From NCBI RefSeq assembly GCF_000143415.4, contig NW_003314442.1:66752-130751 (forward strand): a stretch of 64,000 nt of DNA. Reading direction: 5' to 3'. Of the stretch, positions 51,831 to 64,000 are shown in pieces. How positions within the stretch are numbered: the stretch's first letter is position 1; each line of letters starts with the position of its first letter. The stretch is from Selaginella moellendorffii (lineage: Eukaryota > Plantae > Lycopodiophyta). The position numbers were made by a program, and so were the translations under genes. The notes under the pieces are model-generated. The model had not been told where the DNA came from, made no database searches, and saw only the letters and a program-made list of their open reading frames with translations.

Positions 51831-51934
51831 ATTGGGGATTTTCCAGGCCATGAACGATTTCAAGCTTTACAAGTTCAATAGTTGGCTTGTAGAGCTTGCT
51901 GATTTACTTGACACTGCCAAGAGCTCTTGCTTTG

Positions 51935-52650
51935 CTGCACAGCACCTGTTTTTGGATCTTGCCAGTCGCAGTTTTGTCCAAGGCTGTGAGAATGACGATG
52001 CTCTTTGGCACCATGAACTTCGGTAAATGCTGTCGATACAACAAGAGTATCTCCTCCTTGTTGCTTCTCACGCCGTGCTTGAGGGACACAAACGCATATG
52101 GACCACTGCTCATCTGGCTGCGCCACCACAGCAGCTTCCAACACTGCTGGATGCCTGGATGAAAAAGAAGCAAACTTTAACAAGAAACAAAGAAGGAAAA
52201 ACTCTCCTTTTACCTGTACAAGATGCTCTCCACTTCCAGGCTGCTAATGTTCTCCCCTCCAGAAATGATAATATCCTTGGCTCGATCCTTGATCTTGATG
52301 TATCCATTGGGATGCCAAACTGCCAAGTCCCCAGAGTCTGGATTGTTCAAGTATCCCTTGAACACCATGTTCCCACGTATGCAAACTTCGCCAATGGTGA
52401 CACCGTCCTTGGCAACCGGTTCTAGAGTTTCATCTCTGATAATGTATTTGTCTTATTTGTTTGGTTCTTCGTCACTCCTTACTCGCTCGCTGCTTCTGCT
52501 AAATTTTTTTGCTTGCTAGCTCGGAGTTGAGCACCTGTAAGCCATCGAGGCAAACGTATTTCACGCCCTGCCGAGCCTTGAGCCTGGCCTGCTCATCGGG
52601 CAAAAGGCTGTCCCATTCGGGATTCCACTCGCACACAGTGCATGGACCAC
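51935..52650 (-). pseudogene. Acyl-activating enzyme (AMP-binding, AAE) 3' fragment
   Basis: [72 protein letters not shown]. Confidence 0.8.
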
Positions 52651-53499
52651 AGTGCATGAAAGAGTGGGAAGAGGCTAGCTGCCTATTTTTCTTTCTATGC
52701 ACTTCCTTTATGGTTATCTCCAGTTTATTTTTGAGTAGGTGGTATCTGTGGCTATATATATTTGAATGTGGAGTCATGCTAGAGAAATGCGAAACAACAT
52801 GATGACTTGAGTTCCAACCCAGGCCCAGTGCATCTCCTCTTTTTATTGACCCACCACAATGATGAGCATCTATTATGCTAGGAAGAAAACGTAAGCTTTT
52901 AGGTAATAGCTTATAGTGCCACAATTTCGTCTGTCTGTACCAACTATCAGCATTGCAAACTTTGTGGAGTCATGTAGAGGCCGAGACTCTGTAGGTTCTG
53001 TTGAAGGTGTTGTAGTGAGTATCAATGATATAGGCTACAACAGTGGTCAACTCACAATAACAGATAACATCAACGAGTCTGATATGATATAGTAAGTTCA
53101 ATATAGCATGTGGATCCCTGACAATAATCTATATGATGGCAGCTCAAATTCCATGGCAACATAATGGAATTATTCAAAGAGTTGATGAATGAATGTTTTT
53201 CTGGAACTCCACCAACAAGATGTTTCATTAATTTACAAGGAGACGGTTATTTCAAGAGAGCAAATGTCACAGGCATGAGCATTGTTTCATGTATAATAGA
53301 TGATGCCAAAATAATTCCTTGACTCTGTTTTTCGGAATATTGCAAGGGAATGCAATATTCTATGTATACAATGTACAATGTATACAATGCACTATGCTCC
53401 CAGCGTAGCTGGGACTTTTTCGGAATATTGCAAGGGAATGCACAGGGGTAAGTGCGAAAGGAAATGAAACAAGCCCATATTAAATACACGTTGTTTTGC

Positions 53500-54030
53500 A
53501 GATACCTGGATACTTTGAAGTAGATAAGCTCTGTCCAGTTTTTATACACACAGTTTGTTCATTATGCTGCGGATCAAGATTGCAACAAACTTCTAAAGAT
53601 GAAGCAATATGTAAAATATGTAAATATGCAGGACCTATAAAGGAACACATCACGCTAAAGGGCCAGCTTCACCTTGGACAAGACACGTTCCAAGTAGCTG
53701 TACCTTCGCATTTTGTTGATCAACTGTATGGAACAAAGGAACTTTGACATTCCTTAAAAAAAATAAACCTTTGCCTTTACATCTGTGCCTTTACTCTTTG
53801 ATTTCTGATGTTGAAGCATCTGAAGCTTTTATGCAGAAATTGTTAGAGTCTAGAACAATGCACTGGATCTTTGCAGGGGAACATTTGAAAGAACCCAGCA
53901 CTTGAGGTGATATGCTCATTAAAGTTTGTGATTTGTTTATCTTTTTTTAGGCACTTCAAGCATTGACTTACATGGGAACTTTCATTGATGGGGGCAACGA
54001 TTCCATTGAATATATTCCTAACCTTTCAAC
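53500..54030 (+). pseudogene. C4 zinc-ribbon OB-fold-like fragment
   Basis: CSLC..(about 13 aa)..CKIC followed by a beta-rich segment, resembling RPA70 DBD-C. Confidence 0.35.
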
Positions 54031-54837
54031 ATCAGAAGGTTTGTAAATCAGCTGTTTACAAACATTCCTAATTCTCCCACTAATGTATTACATACCTGGA
54101 AAGAGATGTGTATAATTGCATTGCATGGATCACACTGCTTCATATACTCCAATCAAATATACAGGCCTGCTGTGTGTGGATTGTTGAGGCACGTTCGTGA
54201 AAAAAACTCATGGATTATGACATACTCTACTTGCGCAGATAACTACAACTTAATGTTCTGCTCAGCAAGCAGCCAGAAGAATATCTGGTCTGTCTCTAGA
54301 GATTGCAAAGTTGTGTAATGGTCCAAGATGACAGAACTGAAGCCAAAGTGATAGATGTTTACAATATCAATGTGCCTTTCATTGGTGATCCAATGAACAC
54401 TAGAGTGCATATCCTTCAAGGTTAATGTAATTACAGAATATGTATTTAAAAATCATGATATAGAAAAGGCTGAACTTCTTCTTACAATCAAGTAAGCTTT
54501 CCCACACTTTCATATTCAAAACCTTTAACATAACCACCTATGAAATCTCATGCTTGAATATTTCTTTGTTAATATAAAGAAACAATATAAACGAAAAGCC
54601 AAGAACTGAAATATATATGACACTCCCAGATTTTTCTTCTGATATTTCTTTTATAAAAAAATAAACACAAATGTAAAGCACTACGACTACTAATGTTAGT
54701 TTTGTCTAAATACATTACAAATTAGTTATTTAGTTACAAATTGTTTGTAACTAATTACATTATGTATGTATGTATATAACATTTTTTATTTTTTTTCTCT
54801 GTTTCATGTTAAGGGACAGAGTTCTAAGAAGCTGAGA

Positions 54838-55565
54838 TGCCATATAAGAACATCAGGGGCCACTGCTACCGATGGTCTTTTCATGCCAAGGTGAGACACA
54901 AAGGGAAACTTGTATTCTTTGAAACAGGCACAGCTGGGTGTGTTATGTCAGTTGCTGTTGCCGATGCATAAAGTTCCAAAATACATATTGTTGGGTTTGG
55001 CATGAATGCAAAGCATCTTTCATGATATTGAGCAAGGCAGTGTCTATATATTTTCAGGGAACAGTGGTATACAACACTCTAAACCAGCATATACACCATA
55101 TAAATCAAATTGGGAGATAAAAGCAAGCAAGACTATGGAGATCAAGTGTGTAGAGGACGATCTACGTATTCCAAATGTTGTTCTTAATAGAATGAGTGTT
55201 TTAGATGCTTCTAAGCTCGGCCAAGAGACATTTATAGACGTGATTGGTGGTGTAATGTGGAATAGACAAACATTTCTCCTAAGGATTCTGGAGCATTCAT
55301 GAGAAGGAGGATGCTTTCTTTGAGTGATGAATCAGGCCACAGTATAGACATGTGTCTGTGGGATTCAAAGGCCGAAGATGAAGGTTCAGAAATCGAGGAG
55401 AAACCTGGACGAGGGCAGAAGCCTACTGTATGCCTGAAGGGCAGCCGGATTTCAGATTACAATGGCAAGTCTATTTCAGTCACAGGTGGCTCTACCCTTT
55501 TAGTTGATCCTGAATTAGAAGATGTCTCATGGCTGTGTGAATGGATGGTTGCTAGCTACAACCAA
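54838..55565 (+). pseudogene. Helitron RPA70-like gene, N-half (DBD-A/B), frameshifted
   Basis: FIDVIG, RRMLSLSDESGHSIDMCLW, LKGSRISDYNGKSIS..STLLVDPE..WLCEW. Confidence 0.75.
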
Positions 55566-55759
55566 TACTTAGTTAATTTAAACAGTTTTTAACTAATTAC
55601 ATTATTACAAATTGTTTTAATCATTCATCAACTTCTACACAACATTAGTTTTGAAAGCTCCAGCTTGGCTTATACTTAGAAACTTGATACCACACACAAC
55701 AAATTATAAAACAATAGTAGAAAGAAATAAAACATACTTTTTGTTTTCTCACACATTTT

Positions 55760-56285
55760 TTCTTTTAAGTGTCAAGACCAACTATAATTTTTTGGTATCT
55801 CTGTAGCTCTCGAGCTTGCAACGAATCTTCAGATTGTACATCTTTGATCAAATAGAGTCCATTACGGTTGAAAAAACAGTATAATCATCATCTTGTAGCG
55901 CAGCCAGCTTACATGCAGGCATATCTACAATTTCATTAGCATCATCAAATGCAACCGCCTATATATGTCCAGTGCTGTCCAGAATACACAAGTGTAGTGC
56001 ATATTTGAAGTGAATATCTCCAGAATCAGTGTCACAAGAGTTGCATTGCCACATACTTTCCGAAACCTGAGTAACCTTCTTGCCACATTGGCTTCCATTG
56101 ACAACCTTCATGCATGCTGGGTAATAGAAGTCACCAGTCTGGAATTCTTTCACTGACACAATAACATGAAAAATAGCAGAGAACTTGGAAACATTCAGGT
56201 TGATAGACAACATCTCAGATACTGTCTTTGTACCAGAAATCACTGCTTTAGAAGAAGAGTTGGTCACATGGACAAATATGGTTGT
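55760..56285 (-). pseudogene. RPA70-like gene, C-half (DBD-C with C4 Zn finger), inverted
   Basis: FYYPAC..CGKKV..WQCNSC..YALHLCILDSTG..AFDD; stops. Confidence 0.75.
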
Positions 56286-57317
56286 GCAAACATTGCTACA
56301 GAATAGATTTAATAAATAAAATTTTTGTTACATATAAATATGTGAATTAATAAATAATTTTAAATATTAAAATATAATATTATCACTAATGTATAATTTT
56401 AATACAGTATTATATTATTATCACTAAAATTATCAATAATTTAATATAAATATTATAATATGCATCTAGCTTAAATATATAATTTCAATTTTAGTACATA
56501 GACTAATTTTTTATTTCTAAAACTGAGTCTATGATATAGATCATACGAAATATGGTAGGTCATATAGAGTAGAATACAAAATAATAATCACTACCACTGC
56601 CACTATGAGCATCTATATACATATATGATCTTTTAAAGCTTTAGCTTCTTCCTCTCACAAAATATTAAGTTTCTGGATTTTCACTCATACAACCATTTGT
56701 ATTGAACCCATCCTTAAGAGTGGGATCTCATAATGAGTAATTCCACTTATAGAAGATCGAAGATACAATGTTATGAGTTTTATTTATTATGTAATGATGT
56801 CTGTTGCTGATAGAGACAATTGTAGAAGGGATTTTTAATATAAATATTATATTATATTTAACCATATATCTTATAATTATTATTATGTTAAAAATTATAA
56901 TTATGATTATAAATCTTGTCTAAAATAATTTTTTATCAGTAATCTTATTGTTATTTTAAAAAAACATAAATAAAATTAAATATATTGAGTTGTCAAATGG
57001 CTAACATATATATATTATCATAAAAGTTTCTAACACTTAATCCTACATAATTTTTATACATGAAAAACAACTACAATTTAATTATATTAAACCTATCTAT
57101 ATACTATTCAGGAATTTTATGATATATTTAAATCTAACATAGAGAAAAATTATATATTATCAAACCCTACTCTACCCCAGTATAGAGTAAACCATAACCA
57201 TTCATTTATCATAATAAAATTCCAGCATTCATAACAGTGTTATAAAGCCCTACTTTTAAATATATATATACATAAATATAGAGAGATAATAATCTTATTT
57301 CAGATTAGCATTCTCTC

Positions 57318-57491
57318 TGTGAGTGCATGGAATATGGAAAGGGAATACAGAAATGTGCATATCAATTAACCCAAAAACCCTAGCTTATATACAGGAGCGA
57401 GTGGTCCGGATTGAAACCAATCCGACGGCTACCAAAATCCACTACGCTAATATTAGTATACGGCATCGTAGCCGTACACTTGGCCCTCACA
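57318..57491 (-). repeat. 3' LTR
   Basis: 174 bp; 4 substitutions versus 62154-62327. Confidence 0.97.
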
Positions 57492-57523
57492 TCATCCCCT
57501 CCTCTCGGAATAATGGAAGGCCG

Positions 57524-60500
57524 TCAGGGTTCTCTTGTAGATGGGCCGGGATCTGGAGGAACGTCAGGAGGAGGCATCGGTGGATCTGTGGACGGTATTA
57601 ACTGCTCCTGATCCCTCTGTAGGAAGCATTTTAACCGCTGCACATGCACAATCTCCGGAGGATCAGCCTGCTGAACGTCATGCCGAACCTCATAAACTTG
57701 TGGTCCAACTTGCCGCAACACCCGATACGGTCCTTTCCACTGCGCAAGGAGCCCCTTAGATAAACCACGTACCGTAAGATGGGGAAAACGGACTAACACC
57801 AAATCATCCACTTTATACTCCACTGGTGGACGATGATGGGAATTGTAGCGCCGTTGTTGTCCCACTTGTACGCGGCCTAAGTGTTCAGCAGACTCTGCTC
57901 GGACAAGTGGAAGAATGCTTGTCAAATATTGATCCCATGACCTAGCATCAGGAGCTCGTGGCAATCGCGAAGGTAAACCTAGCTCTGTTGGTAATATTGG
58001 ATCATGACCATATAGAAGTTTATATGGTGAAGCACCAATAGAACTCTGCACCCCTGTGACATAAGCATACCGAAGAGACGGCAAATAACCATCCCAATCC
58101 GAATGTTGAAAGTTCACATACTTCGCAATCATCCCTTTGAATGTCCGAACGAGCCGTTCCACCAGACTGTCTGATTGTGGATGATAAGCACTCGTAAAAG
58201 TGTGGCGTATCCCCAACCGAGATGTCAAAACATGAAATACCTCAGCCATAAATGCAGGACCATTATCCGAAAGAATCCGTTCTGGACAAGAATGCTGGAA
58301 CACCACTCGATTGAGGAGGAAGTATCCAACAGCAGTTGCAGAGGCACTAGCAAGAGCACCAACTTCCACCCAACGAGTCAAGTAGTCAGAAGCAATAATA
58401 ACATACTCATTGCCAGCAGTCGATCGCGGAAAAGGTCCCATAAGATCAAATGCCACCAACTCAAACGGACGAGAAACTGCAATTGACTCCAACCGTCCTT
58501 CCGCAGCACAAGGGGGAGTATTACGAGCTTGGCACCAAACGCAGCTACGCACATACCGGATAATATCACGTCGCATCTCTGGCCAATAGAAAGATCTGCG
58601 CAACTTCTCGGTGACACGACGGTGTCCCATATGCCCACCTAGAATAGGAGAATCATGGTAGGCATGGAGAAACCGCGGAATAAACACCGAAGGCACCACC
58701 AGCCGTAAATGAGCATCAGGATCCGTCCCCACAAACTAAAGAAGGCCATCTTCAAGGCGATATTGAGAATGTAAATGCCGAAAAGGCAAGTCATCAGCAA
58801 GTGATGCAGGATTCTCAAACCCATCTCGAAGCCTTTGAATCCACGGCTCAATCTTTTGAGCCTCGCGAACCTCATCCAGAGAAGGTAGATCTTGCTCTAC
58901 GCTCTGTGGACACTGAACGTCAAGGACAGCAACCGCCGACGGCACAGAATCCTCATCTAGAAAATCCACAGATGCTGGAACAACAGGTTCATCAGAAACA
59001 TGAGAAGTGAGTGGAGAAGGAAGAGGAGCTCGAGAAAGGGCATCAGCATCAGCCATAGAACTCCCTGGGCGATGAACAACATCGAAATCATATATCTGAA
59101 GCTTCAAAGCCCATCGAGCCGTACGACCAACCAGGTTCTTCCGCTTCAATAATGAAGTAACAGCAGCATGGTCACCTTCAAGTAACGTCCGAGAACCATG
59201 TAGATAGGCATGAAGTTTCTCGAAACCCCAGACTGCTGCTAAACACTCCTTCTCCGTCGTGGAGTAGTTCATCTCCGCTGGTTGTAATGTACGGCTTATG
59301 TATGCAATGGGATGGCGCTGACCAGGCACACTCGAGCTCTCTTGCATCAACACACCTCCAAGACCAATGTCAGAAGCATCCACGCGCAAAATAAAAGGTC
59401 GAGTGTAGTTAGGATATGCCAAAACCGGAGGAGTCGTCAATAGCTCTTTGAGATTCACGAACGCCCGCTCACAATCGGGAGACCAGATGAAAGATGACGT
59501 TGATGACTTCAGCAACGCTCGCAATGGTAAAGTGCGATCGGAAAGATGATCCACAAAACGACCGAGATACTGCACCTTACCCAAAAAGCGCTACACATCA
59601 TTCACACACTTCGGAGTAGGGAACTTTAGAACAGCCACAAGTTTGTCAGGATCAACTTGCAAACCCTCACGAGAAATACGGTACCCAAGATAAGTTGTGT
59701 CCTTGGACCCAAACACGCACTTCGACCGCTTCAGCTTTAAACCAACGTCGCGTAGCCGATCCAACACTTTACAAACATCACGAACATGCTCCTCCCACGT
59801 CCCCTCCGAGTGGATCAAGACATCATCAATGAAGTCAGCCGTCACCTCTGGCATATCGCAAAGAACCTCGTCCATCATTCGCTGAAAAGTTGCTAGAGCA
59901 TTGTTCAAACCAAACGGCATCACCAAAAACTCGTACAAACCAAATGGTGTACGAAAAGCAGTCTTAGGAATATCGTCTTCAGCCATCGGTACTTGCCAAT
60001 ACCCAGAAGCAAGATCTAGCTTGGTGAACCAACGACTTCGCCCCAGACGATCCAAGAGATCAGCAGTGTGAGGAAGAGGGTACACGTCCGGGATCGTCAC
60101 TTCATTTAACGGACGATAGTCGATGCAGAAACGAATACTCCCATCAGGCTTCGTCACAAGATGAGGTTCACATGCCCAAGGACTCCGCGACTTCCAAATA
60201 ACACCCTTCTCCAACATCTCCTTGACGTTTGCACGTAAAATCTTGATCTCCTTGGGTGACTGACGACGAACAGGAACCTTGATTGGACGAGCATCCCCGG
60301 TTGGAATGGGATGACGTGTGGCAATCTTGGCCCTAGACGATAGGTCAAATTCAAAGAGATCAGAATACTCCTTCATGAGCTGATCAACAGCTGCAACACA
60401 AAGATCATCGGAGGGATCGGAAAAGGGAAGAGCAGAACAAGATGGAAACACAAGAGGAAATAATGGGGGAACAAAAGTAATGGAAGCAGAGGTAGAAGTA

Positions 60501-60988
60501 GAGGGACGAAGAGGTACAGAAGTGAGAGGAATGGATGAAACATAAGGAAGTATGAGACAAGGGGGAAAAGCCTCAAAGTCACACTTGGCATGATTGTGCT
60601 GCAACCAATCCATACCAAGAATGAGGTCAAAAGCTTGACTCGGCACCACCCGCAACGACTGCAACTCAAGCTCGAGATCGCCCACACGCACAACCAGGTC
60701 CGCCTCATCTCGTGCACATGCATGTGTACGGCCGTTGCCATAAAGAATGAAAACTGGATCCGCCGCACGACGCAAGTGTAGACGACAACGTGTGGCAACA
60801 GGTTGAGCAATAGAAGATAAACTCGAACCTGTATCAACCAACACGGAGAGAAGAATAGGAGACCTCTTGTTATAAAAACGAGCTTGGAAAGTAAACACTG
60901 GATGAACCGGTGCCGAGTGAACCCCTTGATGATACTCCCGAAAGAAAGATGGAGGGGTCACTAACTTATTCGCGCAAGGTCCCTCCAT
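57524..60988 (-). pseudogene. pol: pol: protease-RT-RNase H-integrase, single frame with two in-frame TAG stops (59591, 58736)
   Basis: LVDTGS, RFCIDYRPLN, LDLASGYWQ, MPFGL, FIDD, VDASDIG, HHCC, FDLMGP, SDNG, WKGPY. Confidence 0.95.
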
Positions 60989-61920
60989 TACTCGCGCGAC
61001 TCCTCGTTTCCCGAATGCACCTCAGTATCCAAACCTTCCACCGCAGCAGCACCAACGGGACGTTGCTGACGCCAAGGTCTCCACCCAGGAAATGGAGGTC
61101 ACCAATCCGGAAAGCGCCGACAACGCCGATAAGTATGACCAACTTCATCACACGCCCAGCAACGAATGTCACGGCCACGACCACGTCCTCGCCCTTGTCC
61201 TTGGACTCGAGTAGCAGCAGCATCAACCTCCATGGGAACAGGACCATCACTCATAGGAAGTGGAGCTGAAGGACGTGTAGCAAGAAGTGGAAGAGGCGAC
61301 GTCTCATAACGTTGTGCCAAGCGAAGAGCATCGTCAAGGGTGGCAGGAGCAAGTGCATGCACAAGTCCGACAAGATCTTGACGAAGTGCTAGCCACAGCA
61401 TTCCTAGCTTGATCCGCTCCGACATATTTGGCTCCGCACGAAGCAAAAGACTTCGGAAACGAATGCCAAATTGCATCACCGACTCAGATGGCCCTTGGCG
61501 AAGACGATGCAATTGTTGGAAGGCATCATCACAATCGTCGGCGTGTCCGAAGGCGCGTTTGAAGACGTCCGGAAGAACACTCCAATCGCCACGAGTAGCT
61601 GCGCTCAATCCATTGTACCACTGCAATGCCGTCCCTTGAAGACATGTGGGGAACTCACGCAAACGCCAAGCATCATCCCAAGAATGATATGTGGCAATCA
61701 CCGTGAAGTGATCGAACCAATGGTACACATCATCCCCAGGATTCCCACGAAAGAACTCCGGCCGAACGCGAGGATTGGCACCAAAAGCAGGAGGAGTTGT
61801 ACCATGTGCCGTGAACGCCGCCATCAACTGAGTTTGGTTGTTCAATTGCAGGCGCATAGCATCAAGCAATTAAACCAACTGCTGCTCTAGAGTCAAAGGA
61901 GGAGATTGCGGATCGGCCAT
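60987..61920 (-). pseudogene. gag: gag with premature stops (about 61870 and 61099)
   Basis: LQGTALQWY, LRQGPSESV, PVPMEVD, CWACDEVGHTYRRC; the frame continues past the 61099 TGA to ..SGNEESRE*. Confidence 0.9.
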
Positions 61921-62153
61921 GAAAATGAATGAGAAAGAAAAAGCAAAAGAAGAGAAATGACAAAAAGCTAGAAAGAAATGGTAGATCTAGACAATGCAAA
62001 AAGCTAGATCTAAACCACAATCCTGAAAGGAGAGAACACAAGAAAGGAAATGGAAAAAGCTAGATCTAGACAATGCAAAAGCTAGATCTAAACCGAAATC
62101 CCAAATCCACGCACTCCCCAGGGACACTCAAAGGTGCCCCTCACCTCCACCAA

Positions 62154-62327
62154 TGTGAGTGCACGGAATATGGAAAGGGAATATAGAAATGTGCATATCA
62201 ATTAACCCAAAAACCCTAGCTTATATACAGGAGCGAGTGGTCCGGATTGAAACCACTCCGACGGCTACCAAAATCCACTACGCTAATATTAGTATACGGC
62301 ATCGTAGCCGCACACTTGGCCCTCACA
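62154..62327 (-). repeat. 5' LTR
   Basis: 174 bp; followed on the minus strand by the PBS. Confidence 0.97.
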
Positions 62328-62616
62328 TCTCTATATAAAAATATAGACACAAAGAAGTTTATGATAAATAATAGAATACTTCTAATTTTAAATACTACTC
62401 TCAAAATGCATATCTATATATATTGGGCAAAAAGGGAATATCAAAGATAAATATGTAAAATATTAAAAGTTTTGAAAAGAAAATATAACACATTAACCTA
62501 ACATCTTTGAGTTAGTGTCACGCAATTCCAAAATTTCAGTCTGAAATGATGAAAAGATAAACTTTATTATAATGTTTATATTTTTTAAAATATAAAAGAT
62601 GATTGTAGTTTAGATG

Positions 62617-62631
62617 AGTGTGTGTGTGTGT

Positions 62632-62709
<78 letters not shown>
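62617..62709. repeat. (GT)n/(AT)n microsatellite
   Basis: Directly visible. Confidence 0.95.
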
Positions 62710-62714
<5 letters not shown>

Positions 62715-63144
62715 TTACTAAGTAACACTTACTTTCTTAAGAGGAAAAATTGTAGAATCATCAAGTAATAATAATTTTTTGTCAATTGCATAGAGATTTC
62801 AAATAAAAGAAAAGATTGGTTATCAAACCTCAATTTCTAAATGGCTCATCTGGCCATGGGATCCTGCGGTGAGCAATTCCATTTATAGAATATCCAAGAC
62901 TTCTCTCAACAATCAGTTTTAAATATGATATAATATAATGAGTTTTATCTATGATGTTATGATGTGTGTTGGTGATAGATTCAATTTTAGAAAGGATTTT
63001 TAATATAAATATTATGTTATTTTTAACTATATATCTTATAATTAGGATTATGTTAAAAATTTCAATTACTATTACAATTCTTTGAAATTAATAAAATATC
63101 AGAAATGAACACAATGCTCCCAGCGTAGCTGGGACTTTTGCTAG

Positions 63145-64000
63145 TAAAATAAAACTCTTTATTTAAAGTTGCTATTTTGGCATCGGCGTCACATATTCCA
63201 TTTTTAGAATATCCATTTTTACTTATGGTGGATGCTCCCAATCGGACGGACTAAATCTGTGATGCTCCAAAAGAACGGTGAAGATTGTTACATGGTGGCA
63301 AAAACGGTGGTGCCTCTTGAATTCTAGATTCGTAGCTTTGGAAATTTTAGGTTTATGAAGGAAACTAAATTTATCGAGCAAGATCCTGCAGTTCTTTCCA
63401 GATCTTGTGTAATGAAATTTGAAGCCAGATACGGTGAATTTGTAATCAATTTTCTTCTTCCTTTTTAAAACTAATGCAATGTCGTTCTGTTGCAGTTTTC
63501 TATCGTTAAAGAATTGAAAGGCAGAGAATATATGAGTGCTGTATTCTTGCAGTGGTCTGTGTGGAGTACAATCCTAAGATTTTGTGATTTAGAGCTGTTT
63601 TACAGTTTTGGAGCCGATCAAAATAACCAGTGTTTGTTTAATGAGAACTGACACATTCTCAAACGGAGATTGTAAGGTGTTGCCGCGTTCCTGGATGGGA
63701 ACTCTTCTGTTGTAACGTCCAGTTGGGACTTGGTAATTCTTTCCTCTCCATCTTAGAATTTGATCCAGTGTTTCTAAAAAGATGCTAAACTTACCATGAC
63801 GGTTGAATCTCTGGCAGCTATGGCTAGAGTGTGAGCGCAGGGATAGCTCTTGGTGGACATGAAGCTTGGAAGGGACAATTTTTACACTTTACTTCCATCG
63901 GTGGGAGTTGAGTCAAGAAGAACCGATCCATCACAGCCCTGAAGAACAGCAAAGTTAGCAGACCAGAATTTAAATCTTGCAAAGCTCTATAACCTCTCGT
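63145..64000 (+). mobile_element. Start of a further Helitron-like unit E (runs off the window)
   Basis: ACTCTTTATTTAAAGTTGCTATTTTGGCATCGGCGTC..TTTTTAGAATAT resembles the 5' termini at 40724 and 50354. Confidence 0.55.
63630..63940 (-). pseudogene. Class III peroxidase fragment (exons 2-3)
   Basis: GCDGSVLLDST..(stop/deletion)..CAHTLAIAARDS|..GGKNYQVPTGRY..LQSPFENVSVLI. Confidence 0.75.

Larger units (their letters stand above)
57318..62327 (-). mobile_element. Full-length Ty3/gypsy LTR retrotransposon, inactivated by stop codons
   Basis: Two 174-bp LTRs TGTGAG..CTCACA, 4-bp TSD TCTC, PBS TGGTGGAGGTG, PPT GAGAGGAGGGGA, gag (CCHC)-PR-RT-RH-INT order. Confidence 0.97.
50354..63144 (+). mobile_element. 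Helitron unit D (carries PAP, AAE, OB-fold/RPA70 fragments; interrupted by an LTR element)
   Basis: 5' terminus as at 40724; 50440-50690 is homologous to 44684-44940; AT-rich 3' region homologous to 49.3-50.35 kb; hairpin at 63118-63134 plus CTAG at 63141-63144. Confidence 0.75.

Noticed and set aside
57524-60988. Three separate retro genes or programmed stop read-through
   Set aside because: All are in one frame and the TAGs fall inside conserved domains (V*RFLG, GLL*F), indicating point mutations

Overview
Eukaryotic land-plant nuclear DNA. Very short GT-AG introns, tiny intergenic gaps, PLS-type PPR genes and remnants, and flagellum-linked genes point to a lycophyte such as Selaginella (inference). 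Bases 1-37.3 kb are ultra-compact gene space: an At2g27730-like mitochondrial protein, CHR8/CSB, UGLYAH head-to-head with HPT, VPS23/ELC, a PPR gene, a small DUF4050 gene, NPL4, VPS36, a DPB3/NF-YC histone-fold gene, a GDSL lipase, SPIKE1, a beta-galactosidase, PrimPol and an alpha-tubulin pseudogene. It ends with a divergent pair of a CEP44-like centriole gene and CAPE (phosphodiesterase-transmembrane-adenylyl cyclase fusion), whose start codons are about 200 bp apart. From about 37.5 kb to the end is a head-to-tail train of non-identical Helitron-like units, delimited by a TCCCAGC-N3-GCTGGGA hairpin (usually plus CTAG) and a shared 5' terminus. The units carry fragments of PPR, kelch, purple acid phosphatase, acyl-activating enzyme, RPA70, RepHel and peroxidase genes. 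One unit holds a structurally complete 5-kb Ty3/gypsy element with a -1 frameshift slippery site and pseudoknot. Gene spans include introns; exon models were read by eye and family assignments rest on recalled motifs, not database searches.
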